DNA of 63,664 nucleotides, the filler included, from Conidiobolus incongruus B7586 (Eukaryota), in assembly GCA_000697335.1 (NCBI GenBank). It is 8 parts of 8 records of this genome, joined end to end, with 100 filler letters (N's around TTAATTAATTAA, not from the genome) between each part and the next. Parts side by side here need not be neighbours in the genome. Positions count along the whole stretch, not along the records: positions 35,676 to 42,694 come from JNEM01000158.1; positions 42,795 to 54,113 come from JNEM01000159.1; 6 more parts are not named here. One strand, 5' to 3'. Each line of letters begins with the position of its first letter. Position 1 is the stretch's first letter. Below, one piece after another: positions 37,649-51,746 of this stretch. Position numbers and translations under genes: made by a program. A model generated the notes under the pieces. That model worked only from the letters and a program-made list of their open reading frames with translations. It did not search any database and was not told where the DNA came from.

Positions 37649-39202
37649 CTAGCACTTCCCGTTGATATCATATTTGGGTGCCTTGTATCCTGCTCCCACC
37701 CAACTTGTGAAATTCTTATTGTAGTAGGCATTCTTGTGCTGCTCAATATATTCCTTAGTGGGATGGGATTTGGGACTGCAGTCTACCTTCTTACGGTCGG
37801 GATGTTGGTAAAGGCGGACGTAGTCGATGTAGAATTTCGCTGGGAAGTTAAGCTGGTTGGGATCAAAATCTTTGGCGAAAGATCTGGAAATGGCAAGATT
37901 GAGAATAATGTACATGGGTTCTTCAGGGATGAGACGACGTTTAACTTTGCTGGCTTTGTTGGGGCCGATGGCAGAGGCTTTCACCGTCCATGTTTTATCG
38001 TCACCGACAAACCAGTGAATGTATCCGTCCTCGCCCATTTCATACTCAATTGCAAAAGTTTTATAATTATTTCCTTGGTAAATATCTTCTGGAAGTGTTG
38101 TCAAAGCTGAGATCGATTGCTGAAGTTTAGATCCTTTATAATCATTGGGCTTGGTCTTCTTAGGATCATAGATAGTAGTTTCCTCTAATTTGGCTGTGAC
38201 TCCAGTATCGAAAGGGGCAACTTGAAGTGATTGTGATACTTCTGCACCAGAGTGGTGAGCGGTTGCTTCAATCAAGTCGATTTCTGGAGCACCACGACCG
38301 TGACCAGGATTGGGATGGTCTTGATCTTTGCACACACATTTATTCAACCTTTGACCGGGAAGGCTAGATAAATCTGGCAAAGTCTGGTTGGGCGCAACAC
38401 CAGCATCGCATTCGTCGTATGAATAAGGCCAGATACCATCAGTAGTGGCTTTATAACCAGCTCTGCCAAGATTTCCTAACGTCCAAGCACCAGGCCATAA
38501 GCCTGATATTTTGGGGGAACCAGGCAAACTGACGCTTACTTCAAGACGACCACCTTGGAAACATAATTTATTCCAGCTTTGAAGCATACCACTAGTGTAT
38601 GGCAATTCTCCAACTGGTTTATCTTCTAAAGTGATAACCAATTTACCGTCCTTGGTAGTGACCTGATCAGGATGATAGTATTCCAAATCCCCTGTGGGTT
38701 CGTACCATAAATCGACAGCTTCCCTACAATGATGAATGAGTATAAGATGCATTTTTATATTCAGGAATACTTACCAGAATGGATCTTGTCCTTTACCGAA
38801 TCTGCGACCATTTTCATTGAACTCATCGCTAAATACCAGTTCAAATTCTTCATTATTACTCGACATGACCTTTCTAAATTCCTTAGGAGTGTTTGGATCG
38901 ATAAGATCCGAACTTCTCCTTGGAATACTAGTGTCTATGATACCAATATCACTATATTGATTCTTTTGGTGCATCACATTAATAATATGAGAGACTAGAG
39001 GAATAACCACGAGGAGACCAATAATGGTAACAAAGATCATACTGAAGAGAAAGATTGTGCAAAAGCATCTTGTGCTGAAGCGACGATCTTCATCGTCTCT
39101 TCTTTTGCTTTTTTCCTTCCCGCGGGAAGAGGTGGTATGGTTAGACCTGAGACTAGGAGGTTGAGAGTGAATACGATAACCGTCTTGTGTTGTAGGTCTC
39201 AT
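37649..39202 (-). CDS. KRE6: KRE6/SKN1-type GH16 beta-glucan synthesis-associated type II membrane protein, 2 exons
   Basis: ATG at 39202; exons 39202-38775 and 38723-37649. One TM helix, then LIDPNTP, LVFSDEFN, SGMLQSWNKLCFQGG, GNLGRAGYKATTDGIWPYSYD and catalytic EIDLIE. Confidence 0.93.
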
Positions 39203-42200
39203 TTTAATAAAATATATAACAAAATAATAAAAATAATAATAATAATAATAATAATTAAAAGATAAACAAATAAACAATACAGTACACTTGGGGTACTAAT
39301 AGAATAATAACAGAGAAAAGGATGAATAAATTACAGGGTCAAAGCGATTAAATTAAACTCTGGATAATGTAACCTTGAATACAACGTTTCACTTAATTTT
39401 AATTGTGATAGTTTTCCCACTTCGACTAAAATAATAATTTGCTCAATTTGAATCAACTAAGATATTTTGGTAAAAGTGTTTCTAAACCCTTCCCCAAAAT
39501 TATAGAATTTTCAATTCGTCCACACTATTTAAGACGAATATGAAGCTGAGAGATTTAAAATATATAGAATCAATAGAAAGATAAGCGCACTTGAAACGAG
39601 GCGAAGTTGAAAATTGGATATTCAATTCAAACTCCTAGAAAACTTAAGTGAATCAGGGTTTATATACCAAAGTGCTGAAACTTACTATTATGTCAGATTT
39701 AACCTTCTAATAATTAACATCTCCACATTGGGAAAGTTGTGTATAAATCACTAATTCACCTGGAAATTTGGACTTATTCAGTTGCACTCTTACTAATTGA
39801 GGGGATGAAGCATAAGATTAAGCGCTAATTGATTGTCCAACTAGCATTGTGATTGGCCGATACTTAAATTACTATTGATTTTGAGGAATGAATTCCATCT
39901 ATCATCCTCAAACTCATTACTTTGTTCCAATTCGAATGATTCAAGCTATTGGACAATCTAACCAATTTGATCCAACCCAAACTTGTTACAAAAAATTTAC
40001 TTAAAATTTAGATCTTATTTCAACTTGACTTATAACTATATTGATAAATATCAAATATGACCAAAGTTAATATTGATTAGTTAATACTTCATTATTATTT
40101 AGTCAATTTAATATTATTAAGACGCTTGGATTATAAAGAAAAATATTGTTTTAAAGTATGAAATATTTCTAAAAGTAAAAAAAATAATTTTTTCAATAAG
40201 TTTCATTTAATCTAATAAATTTTCTAAGCCATAATTTAAAATCAGTAAATAAAAATATTTATGGCAAATTAGACTTAATTTTTACCTTTTATTTTTTTTC
40301 AATCAATATAAACTTTAAGAAAAAAACACAATTTAAAACATTATATTTATTTTTATATAATTCATTTTAAACTAATTTAATAATTTTAGTAATTGAAAAT
40401 ATTTTGTACTTCTATAAAATGAAATGATACTAAATAATTATATTATTATATGCATAATATTACCTTATTGATTGAGTTAAATTCAGTAATAAATATATTT
40501 ATATTAAAGTGAATACAATTTAAATAATTTTTTTAATTTTTAATCCTATTCATTTATATTGATATTAATCAAAATAATGATTTATTATATCTTACAAACG
40601 TGGTTATAGCTAATATTGATCATTGTAAAATTTCACCTTGATTGTGCAATTCAGTGGTAATTTTGAATTGAAAAAGATCCTTGTCTGGCAAAAAAGTAAT
40701 TAGATTTTTAAATCCTCTAATCAAATCGCAATTAATTTGACCTCTTAATTACGCCGCACCTCTGTGAAATTCATATCAATTTTGAATCAATTTACAACAC
40801 TTTATTATTTTCCACTACAATTTAATCAATAATCAATGCTTTTGTATTTGGGTGATTGGTAAATTCACCAAGCGAATGTCAAGTCACCTGACTCCCGCCA
40901 ATCAAAACTATGGTAGGAAATTGGCTCATTAATGCAATCGATAGATATAAAATGCATTAGATGATTTAATTTTAATATCATATTTACTAGTATTAGTTAA
41001 ACCTTCGATTAGTATATTTATTAATAACCCAAGTAAATATCAAGATAACTCAAGATTATGTCATATATAATCCGTAATAATTATTATAATATTTAAAAAT
41101 ATTTTAATAAAAATATATTATAATAGTAATAATTATGATTTAAAATAATTTCAATTTAAATACAGGGATTATGGATCGATACCAACCCAAATTTGGTACA
41201 AATTTGCAGGAGTTAATTGAGTTTTTCAACAAATTTATTATGATAAAAATTTAGAGATTACTGAACACATTGCTTATTACCTAATTTATATTGAATCTAT
41301 TTTGATTTTCAATTTTAATTACTTGGTATTTTAATTATTTTATTTAACTATATATTGATTAAATTTTAAGTTTTGATATCTTTTAGTATTAATATTTTTT
41401 ATCAATGATGTCATAGTATTGTGAAAATTAACGGAGAATGATTTAAAGGTATTTATGATTCAAGAATTGTTTTGGTTTATTAAGTTTATAACTTAAGCGA
41501 TATAATCGCAACTAAGAGAATATATCTATCGTTATTATAAAAATTTTACACTATGTGATTTTAATTATATATATAATATCCTATATATTATTTATTAATG
41601 GTAGTATTTTATAAGCCAAGGATTTGGTAATGTTGTTGCATTTGACAATTGCAATTTACTAATAATTTCATCTAATTTAAATAATTAATAATTCAAAATA
41701 TTAAAATATTAATATTCCACTTAATATCAATTTAACAAATAATATTAGAAATTTAAATGATTTATAAATATCTACTAGTTTTTTGGCATTCTTTAGCAGG
41801 CTGCATGCATTGATATCTAGCATCTAAAATGAAATTTTCAAGTTAATACATCAATTTTCCAATCTTAATATCACAATTAAATTTATTTTAATTGAGAATT
41901 TGAAACTGCGCTTATTTTTTGCCACGAGTATCTTTAAATTTCAAAATATCCATTCCAATGAAGGCGTAAAATTATACTGCAAGATTCTATTATCATTTAA
42001 AAATTGAGATACCTATTTTTATGATCTATTGACTTCGCAGATTCTATTCGAGTGATTATTTTATTACACTATCATCTATTACTATTTTAGTTATTTCTAT
42101 CAATACTGAATTATTTTAAAGATTAATTTAAATATTATCAAACAAAAATTCATTGATATTATCTTTAATAATTCAGTATAATAATTAAAAAAATTTAGTT

Positions 42201-44879
42201 TGTGCTCTAAAATATCAATTCAAATATAATTAATATGATATAAATAAATATTTATGCTGTTAAAGGAAATTCTTTATGTTCTCAATATTAGATAAAAATT
42301 TATATTAGTATATAAAGTTATGAAATTTATTGAAAGCTTGTAATATTTTCAATAAATTAAAAAAATATTATATTTAAATTATTAATTTTATTTTATTTAT
42401 TTGTTAAATTGGAATAAATTATCAAATTATTTGAATTTTTATATTTGAATATTTATTTAAATTTTTTTTCATAATTGATTATTAATAATATTATTAGTTA
42501 TTTAATATTTAACATGAATTATTTAATTAAAGTTAATTTTTGATATAGAGATATTATATAATGAAATTAAAAATATGATATTATTTATATTGATGTTATT
42601 ATATTAAAAATACCTTAATCTGTTTAATATTAAGATTATATACTATTTAATATTATATATATTTATATTTTTTATAAAAATTTAAAATTATTTTNNNNNN
42701 NNNNNNNNNNNNNNNNNNNNNNNNNNNNNNNNNNNNNNTTAATTAATTAANNNNNNNNNNNNNNNNNNNNNNNNNNNNNNNNNNNNNNNNNNNNAAAACT
42801 ATTATTTAAAAAACAAATATAATTATTAAAGAAGAGTTATTTTATATTATTTTTTGATATAATATAATATTATTTTAGTTATATTATTTTATAATTTAAT
42901 TTTTCTTTAATAAAACATATTATTTTTTTATTATAAAAAATGATAATTTTTTCTTTTACTTGTAATTTTTTAATTAAATTTTTTAAACATTTTTTTCTAA
43001 TATTAGTTGGTAAAATATAACCCTTAACTAAGTTTTTAAAATATTTGTTTTTTTTTGATAAAAAAAGATAAAATTTATATATAATTATAAAATATTAGCA
43101 TATTAAAAAAACTCAACTTTTCTTATTTTTATTTATCTTTTCAAATCATTTTGGAAAAAATTTAAATATATCTTATTATAGCAAGTATAATTTATATAGC
43201 AAATGTAAAGATATATATCATAAAGCTTTTAGTTTACATAATAATTTTAAAATTGCTGGATAATTTAAGTTTTTATCAAAATCAATTATAATGAGGGTAA
43301 TAAGGAACTCTACCATTGTTTTATGCTAGGCATAGCAAAAAATAAAACTAATAATGTGATTTTATTGAATATTTTATTATTTTTGGTTTGAGAAAAGAAA
43401 TACTAGATAATTAGTTTATTCTAAAAGATTTTAACAAGGCAGCAGCTATCTTAGAGTAGATTATAGGTTAAAGTCTGTGAATTATCATTTTGGGTCATAT
43501 TTGAGAACATTTGAGCATATTTTTCAAAATAAAAAAGGAAAATCAAGAATCAGGACAATATTGAGTTGTCCGAATAATTTAAAAATATTAATTCATATTC
43601 AAAAATTTTTCAATATTTATTTGTATCAAATGTTTAAAAACTAAATCAGTTATAATAATCTTTGTTGGTTAATATTAACAACATTATATTTGTTGCTAAG
43701 AAATATTTTCATATATTTTATAAGATATTCTTAATTTAAATTCAGGAGGAAAGTATTAATTAATCTTAATGTAGATCAATTCAATTTATATGTAATATAT
43801 TTGTCAAATGATCTGAGGAATAAATATACGTTTATTAAATCAAGTTTTTCAGCATAATGTTTAAATTATAATTAAAGCTCTCTAATGCCTACAATTAAGT
43901 TGATAAAAAATAATGATTAGACAGAATTGATGTAACTATCGATAGTGTCACTATATAATCCAAATATTTAATTTCGAAGAATATCAAACATTTGAACTGT
44001 AATTGCAGTATTAAAACATATTCTGATACTGTTAGTATCAATACCTTACACGAATCTTTTTTGTAAAATAAACTATTTATTCTAAAAGATAATTTTGAAA
44101 TTATAAACGGTATATTGGTAAACTGGAGAATAAATTAATATTTTATAATTTATTAATAAATAAACGATACTTAATATTCTATTATGAAAACTAAATTCGT
44201 AAATTTAAAAAATAATATTCAATTATAAATTACTATAATTAAATATTTAGAATATATATATATATTTGAATATCCAATATTAAAATCATTTTAAGTTCAA
44301 TACTAGATTTTAAAAAAGATGCATGATTTGATAAATTATCACTATATTTTGATGTTGAAACTTTATAATATTTTAATTTATGCAAATTTTAAAAAATACA
44401 ATATTAAATTTTTAAAAATAAATTAATTATTGATTTAATAATAATTAAATATTAAGTATTTATTTAATATTAAGGATATTGTAATAATATTTTTAAACAA
44501 TTTATATTATAATGATAGAAAATATACACCTAAAATATATATTGAGTATTTACTTTTTTTTCTAAAAATAAAAACATGCTCAATCAATTGACAAATATAT
44601 TATAATTTAAGTATTAAATTGTATATCAACTGAATTAGTAATAATCTAAGATATTTTCGATTAGTCAATTAACAGTAAATAATTAACATGATCAGCAAAA
44701 GATTAAATTTAGCAGATCTAAAACAATTATCACAACAAATTTTTAAATATGAAATTTATTCCTATATGTCTATCTTTGATTATATCATATTTTTGTTTTA
44801 ATGAATAAATTAAATTTTTAGTAAACTAAAAAACTCACTAGTGAACATGCTTAAATAATTATTTGACTATCGAATGATT

Positions 44880-46164
44880 CTATAATGAGTATGCTATAAG
44901 ATTGGGCGATCCTAAAATATCCCCTGATATAATATTTTCTGTTGCTTTGGATACTAGTAAATCATATATATTTTTAGGTGATAGTGAAGGTACTTGACTT
45001 AGGTAAATGGCTGCTATTCCTGCTACATGGGGAGCTGCTTGACTAGAACAGATCATTCATATATTTGTTAATGATATAAAATTAAATAAGTTAGGATTAA
45101 TTACCTTGTGCCAGTATATGACAATTGTGAATTGGTACCAATATTTCCTGTAGAAATAACTCTATCCCCTGGTGCAAAAAGTCTGACACAAGATCCAAAA
45201 TTGCTTTCTTTGTCAATATTATTAGAACGATCAATACTTCCCACAGCGAATGCATATTCAGAGCTTGCGGGAGAATAACTGCAAGCATCTCCATGACTGT
45301 TTCCGGCAGCTCCTATTACTGGAATTCCAGCGGCATACGCTTGTTGAATAGCGTAGTTTAAACCGACATTAGTCTCACCCTCCAAAGATAAGTTAATGAC
45401 TGATGGTCTTTTGGTTTGACGTACACGGCTAATCACCCAATGGATTGCTTCAATAGCAACTGCAGCATCACCTGAACCCACACGATCCAATATCTTAACA
45501 CCTTTGATATTACATTTTTTAGCAACTCCATAAGTCCTCCCACCTACAATTCCGCTTACATGAGAGCCATGACCGTAAAGATCTAGATTTTGTTCAGAAG
45601 TCACAAAATTGAAAGATTCAGCACGACCGTCGAAATCTGAATGAGCCGTATTAACTCCAGAATCTAAGACGTACACATCCACACCTTGCCCCAAATAACT
45701 GGTATATACGTATTCATTAGGGGGATGAACATCTTTATGTGAAATTCTTGCCAATCCATCGTTAGGAGGATTTACTTGAACTGTAGCAGCTCTCAATTTG
45801 ATATTTCTATCGATGAACAAAACATCATCTAACTGACTCAATTTGTGTAAATTACGAGGACAGGGCAGAGTAACTAGGGTGACTGATAACAAATCAAAGC
45901 TGACAATCCCATCAAGTACATCATCCAATTTAAGATCACTCAGTAATGTTTCAGCAGTATCAGTAATAATATGCAATACTAGTAAAAATTAGGATTAGTA
46001 TCAACTATATGGTATATTCAAATAATGTTAATACATGAGTGTAAACTATTGTATTTAACCCCCATAACGCATTCCCCATGACCTATTTTTGAAAGGGAAG
46101 TAGACCAAACTATATTCAACAAAATCAAAAATATAGAAAATTTAAAAATATTAGTAAATATCAT
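44880..46164 (-). CDS. Secreted subtilisin-like serine protease (S8A, proteinase K type), 3 exons
   Basis: Exons 46164-46035 (signal peptide), 45978-45105 and 45042-44880. Triad VLDSG / GHGSHVSG / GTSQAAPHVAG; oxyanion AAGN. Confidence 0.92.
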
Positions 46165-47214
46165 CGTGATGAAAAGAATCAAGAGAATAAAAAAAAGAAA
46201 AATAAATAAACTTATAAAATGAAAATCAATTACAACACCCCCATTATATAAACTAAAATATATTTAAAATATTTTCAACGGTAATTTTATTAAGATTAAC
46301 AGAATATCAACTAACTAAAATAAAATTTGGTCAATTTAAAATTTCCTATTAAATCCGAATCTAAATCAAGTAAATTTATTTAATGCAATATTCAAAAAAT
46401 TATATATTGTTATACTAGATCATCCTTTATTATTTTTGTCTGATATTAAACATTCCATTATTTTTAACTTATTAAGTATAGTTTATTAACGTATTTTATT
46501 TTATATATTTGAATTATTTTTAAATTTAAAATTATCCTACTTTTTATACTTAAAAATTAATTTATTTTTAACTAAATATAATCAAATGATATCTAATTCC
46601 GACTGTAATTAATAACTATTTTTTTAAATAATTTTGATATTGAACTATTAGATGTTTTAATATATTTATATATATGTTTCCTTCAGTTATTGGTTATTAC
46701 TTTTATGGTTATTGAACGGATAGCATTGGTTAATCGTACTTGAAAATAATTCCTTACTATGGTTTTGATTTGAACTGTGATGGATATTCAACAAATTGAG
46801 TTATTGGAAAATTAATCAATTAGATCCATGTTTCGGCACGTTGAATATTTGATTTATAGTTGATGGACTATAATTGATGATTGCAGGTGGAAGTGGAAAT
46901 GGTAAACCATAAATATTACTCATAGTTTGAAGTGATCATTAATAGAAATTGAATTTCATTAAGATTTTGACAATTTTATACATTTTCAAAATGATTACCA
47001 AGTTTTTAACTTTATTACTTGTGTAAGATTGATAACCGGCAATGTTAAGTTGAAGATTTTTTAATTGCAAATATAAATCTAATGGTTGTTGATTTTTAAT
47101 TTAGTGCGCCATATGATATTTTAAATTCAAAATTGATTTATAAATTTTTATTGATTGATTTTTAATATAGTTAAATTAATTTAGCTTTTTATAAATACAA
47201 ATATTTTTAAGGTA

Positions 47215-48324
47215 TCAATTATAAGAATTGAAAGGATGATAATGATTACTATTATTTGACTGGGGTCCTCTATTAGACAAATGAATCGAATTTGATGATG
47301 AATAAAAGATAGTTGGGTTGGTATTGTGATTCACTGATGTCGAGGTTTGGTAATTGTTCGTATTATTAGGATTATGATCTGGACCTGTTTTGTCCTGTAT
47401 TGCTTGAATCAACTTGCCTAATAAAATAATTTGCTGTTCTTGATTGGATTTCCATTGAGCGCGATATTGTTGTAATAAATTTGCAAATTCTTCAGCGTTT
47501 AAATTCTCTATGGGTGCTCTCGTTGGTATTGAATTTGGCATGCTAATTGGATAGTATATGAATTAGTGAATGGCATTTCATTTAATATGTAACCATACTT
47601 ACATAATATTCGAATTATCCACAGTACTCGAAACAGATGTATTCATAATATTGCTAATATTATTAATGTTTGTATTTTGATTAATATCGGATACTGATGA
47701 ATTGTTATTAGGGAAATTCATTGGTGATTGTGTGCTATTTGAAGTGCTATTTAGCTTTGATCTGCATAATTGAACTTGTTGATTCGGAATATTGTAAGGA
47801 TTGATACTGGCAGCAAGTGGAGAGGGAGTAGCAGATTGTGATAAATTTGGTTGTAGAGTAGCATGAGGTGGTAGTGCAGAAGATGGACTGGGATAATATC
47901 GCTTAGGTCTTGAAGGATGCAAGCCTTGCAAATTACCCACATATTTCACCATTTTACCCAATTCATCCAAACAACTGTCATTATGTAACAAATTCTACTA
48001 TCATTAAATTTTATATCCAATTGATACTAAATGAATTTAAATACCTTATATTGAGCTTTTAAATTTTTCCACTTTATTTTACATTGTAAAGGTTCTCTTA
48101 ATAAACCCTTCGCCTTAATATACTCACTGACTTGATCCCAAAAAGTAGAAGGGACACCTAATTCTCCACTCGGTAAATCTTGGTAATTATTATGTATATT
48201 AATGATTCCTTGCATTAATATTATACATTCGTTATCCGTCCAAATATTTCTAGCTTTAATAAAATATAAATTGATTATTTATATTAAATAAGTTGAATAT
48301 ACCTTTAGAAATAGCTTTAGGCAT
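47215..48324 (-). CDS. Myb/SANT-like (trihelix-type) DNA-binding protein with N/S-rich linker and C-terminal coiled coil, 4 exons
   Basis: Exons 48324-48303, 48253-48045, 47994-47603 and 47542-47215 splice in frame. WTDNEC...FWDQVSEYIKAKGLLREPLQCKIKWKNLKAQYK is the Myb_DNA-bind_4-like pattern. Confidence 0.82.
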
Positions 48325-49479
48325 AATGAATAAAGTATTATTATTTTTTTAAAAAAAATTAATAATAAAAAATTCCAGAGAATTTGACACCAATTAAATG
48401 AAACAATATTTAACAAATGGAATTAAGTATATATCACTTGAAAATATATTGGTTGTAGCAATATATTTATAATAATTTTATATAATATAAATGTATGTAA
48501 TTATAGAATAGTTAATGTTTTAAATTTTATCAATGTAGGGTATATAGTTTAATCTTAATTTATCATATTCCTTTTTTATTTAAATTATGGGATTTGTTTT
48601 GATTAAAAGACATTTGTTTGAGAATATTTAAAACTGAATTTGGTACATAATTATATGATATTTTATCTAGTATTAATAAAAATAATTGAAAATCGTAAAT
48701 TTCATCATTTGGGTTTAATTTTAAAATACTCAAAAAATCATATGCCTTAATTGTTTTTAATTTTATAATTTTTTTTCACTATTTATTTGAATTGATAATA
48801 ACAGGTTGAATTGAATTGAAAACCGCTTAATTTTAGTTAAATATATTTAGTTAATATATGTTTAAAAAATGTATTAATTAAAATACATTGTAACTAAAGC
48901 TCTCAGCATCAATTATTATCAGCAACAATATTAATTTGAATTATATATAAATTTTAGCGAGGCAATAGATTTATTAAATTACTCAGTAAGATAAAATTCT
49001 GAGTGTTAAAATGATAAAATTCAATCAATTTACATTATTATTATTCATAAATCTATAAAACACTGTCAGCAATGATTTAACATTTATTACTTCTAAATAT
49101 GCCATTTATTACTTTATTTGACAATTTGAAAAATTTAAAAATTGCATTAAAATTTTTAAAAGTAGGTATAATCAAACCGGCTTGTATAATAAATTTTTGA
49201 ATTACTTATGGTAATAATAGATCTATTACTTCATTTCTAATTATATATTTTTGTATAATCCTTCAATAATTTTAAATATAATGGTATAAATATCAAAAAT
49301 TTAATTTTAAGGAATTCATGAAGCATCAATATATACCATATAAACTTTTATAATATTTAAAATTAGCACAATTGGAATACAGTTTTATTTAATGGGATTT
49401 AATGGAGAATTATTCTTATTATGATTAATAGAATTTAGATATTTACATTTTTGATATTATTATTTGTTCATGAATTAGA

Positions 49480-50660
49480 CTGTTTTAGATTTCACCGAAA
49501 TATTATTACTAGATTGCCATTATTGAGATTTTAATGTGACAAATATACTGGACTGTTCTACATGGTATTTAAAAAAATAGATTTGGAAATGGTAGTGTGC
49601 TATAAATGCGTATAGTTTAACATTACTTAATCAATATTCTTAAGTAATTATAATTTTTATTTGAAGAAATATCTCTCAACATCACTTATTTACTCTACTA
49701 GAAACCAACATATTTTCCTTCAATAATCAAGAGGTGGATTTAACTGAATAAAAGGAAATTAAATTTGGGCAATACTTGGAGTAATTTATTCAGCTAAAAC
49801 ATTATCATAAAAGATGCCCGATTGTATAATTTAATAGTAAATCAATGGTTACAGATAAGGTAATAAGTGATTAGCAAAACTGAAAAATAAAAAAACTAAA
49901 AAGATATTTCTTTTGATAATACAGGTAAAATGTATTATACCAACCTACAAAAATAAATTTTAGTTTAGATTTAATGAAATTTAAGAATATTTTGAAATGC
50001 TTTGTCAAAAGTACACAGCCGCTTTCCAAAGGTCGGATCACATTGGAATGCATTATGTGGATAAAGCTATCCTTCAAGTTCTTATGATATCGAATGCAGT
50101 TATTAATATGGATATACTAATAAGTATGAGACTGGAGCTAAGTATGTCCAAACTCTTAGAAAATCTTGCTGCCGATGAGGAAATGATTCAAGATGTAATA
50201 CCAGCTTATAAATGTGATTTTAATATGACAGAAATTCCTGAATATTTGCGTCCTGAATTGAGAAATAGAGTATTTGGTAATATTGCAGGTCCTGGTACTT
50301 TACTATTTTCTCTAAGGTGAGCCGATAAGAATACTACTAATACTACTAATACTATGATTGCAGATTGTTTAGCGTATGGCTTCAATAATGGAGATCGTAG
50401 AAGAATTATAAATGTCATTGAACATCAAACTGATTCAAATATTGTTCTTTTATGATTGGTGACAAATGAAGAGAATGAGTGTTATATATATTTTGAACAT
50501 GAAGGTAAAATATTAGTTCAAAAGCCAGTTGTTAGATACTCAATACTCAAACTGCTAAACAAACTCTAAATTTGGGACAAGTTCTCAAAAGCTTGCTTGA
50601 AAGACACAGCTTATATCTCAAAACAGAGAAGCTGCAAGTGTTTTTCATCAACTTTGTGTA
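49480..50660 (+). pseudogene. Probable degraded protein kinase-like gene
   Basis: Frameshifted and stop-interrupted fragments in kinase subdomain order: HRNII...GLFYMVF (IV-V), NIIIKDARLYNLIV (VIb-like), GYTNK / DWS*V (IX), EIPEYL. No intact frame. Boundaries approximate. Confidence 0.4.
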
Positions 50661-51746
50661 ATCAAAATTGATTTATCAACAATTAAATATGATCATCCAA
50701 CTTCAGCATTATCTTCATCTTCATCTTCTTGCTGCATCATATTTTAAATTTTTAATTTACTTTTTAAAATAAATAATATTTTATAAAAATTGATTTTAAT
50801 TGTTGTATATTGATTGTATTAAATGATTTAAAAAGAGTTCTAACAATATTAACATTGGTCAAATGTAATATAGAATTTATCAATTATTTTTTTGGAATAT
50901 TTCTAATTAAAAAATTAAATAAAATAAACTTCAATGATTGTGTTGTGTTTTATAATAAGCTTTGTAAATGAGATCATTGTTAGAACAGTACTTGTAATAT
51001 GATTTAGTAAATTATTTATTAATCCTGCTATTTAACATATTGGGACTATATATCTTAGAACTTACTGTTGAGACATTGTAGTAGAATATCCAAAAAGAAA
51101 AAAACTACTTTCTATCTTTATCACTTTCAGGTTTAAATAGTTGATTCAATGAATGATATGGGATTTGGTTATAATCTAACAAAGAGTATCCTTTAATTAT
51201 AGACTGACAAAGTAAGCTTAAAATAGAAATAAAATTGGTTTAACTATCAAACTAGAATAGATGATTAATTCTGAAACACAACAATTATAACAGATAAACA
51301 TTGGGCATTTAAGTATATTTTATTTAAAAATAATAGTATATGTTAATATTATTCAAAATTAATTCAAATTTTAAAATCATATTTAAGATTTAGAAATTTT
51401 CAATAGTGATCAATTTAATGCTAGAGCTATTGTAAAATTGTACCAAGTATCAAAATAACCAGTCACTTATTTTCAATAATTTTGAATAATAGGCTAATAA
51501 ACATATATTTAAATAAAGCATTATCATAAGTTTTATAACAGAAACAATATTAATTGACTTTGAGTATTTAAAACCATGATATAATAAGTTTTAAGCGTTA
51601 AAATTTTATATTGAAGTTTCGAATAATTCAATAATGGTGAATGGTCCCATAAAACAAAACGATAGAAAATTCTAGATATTAATATGTTGATGGGTGGAGA
51701 AATTCCAAGGGTGAAATTTTCAAGTAACGTAATTGAAAAATTAGTA

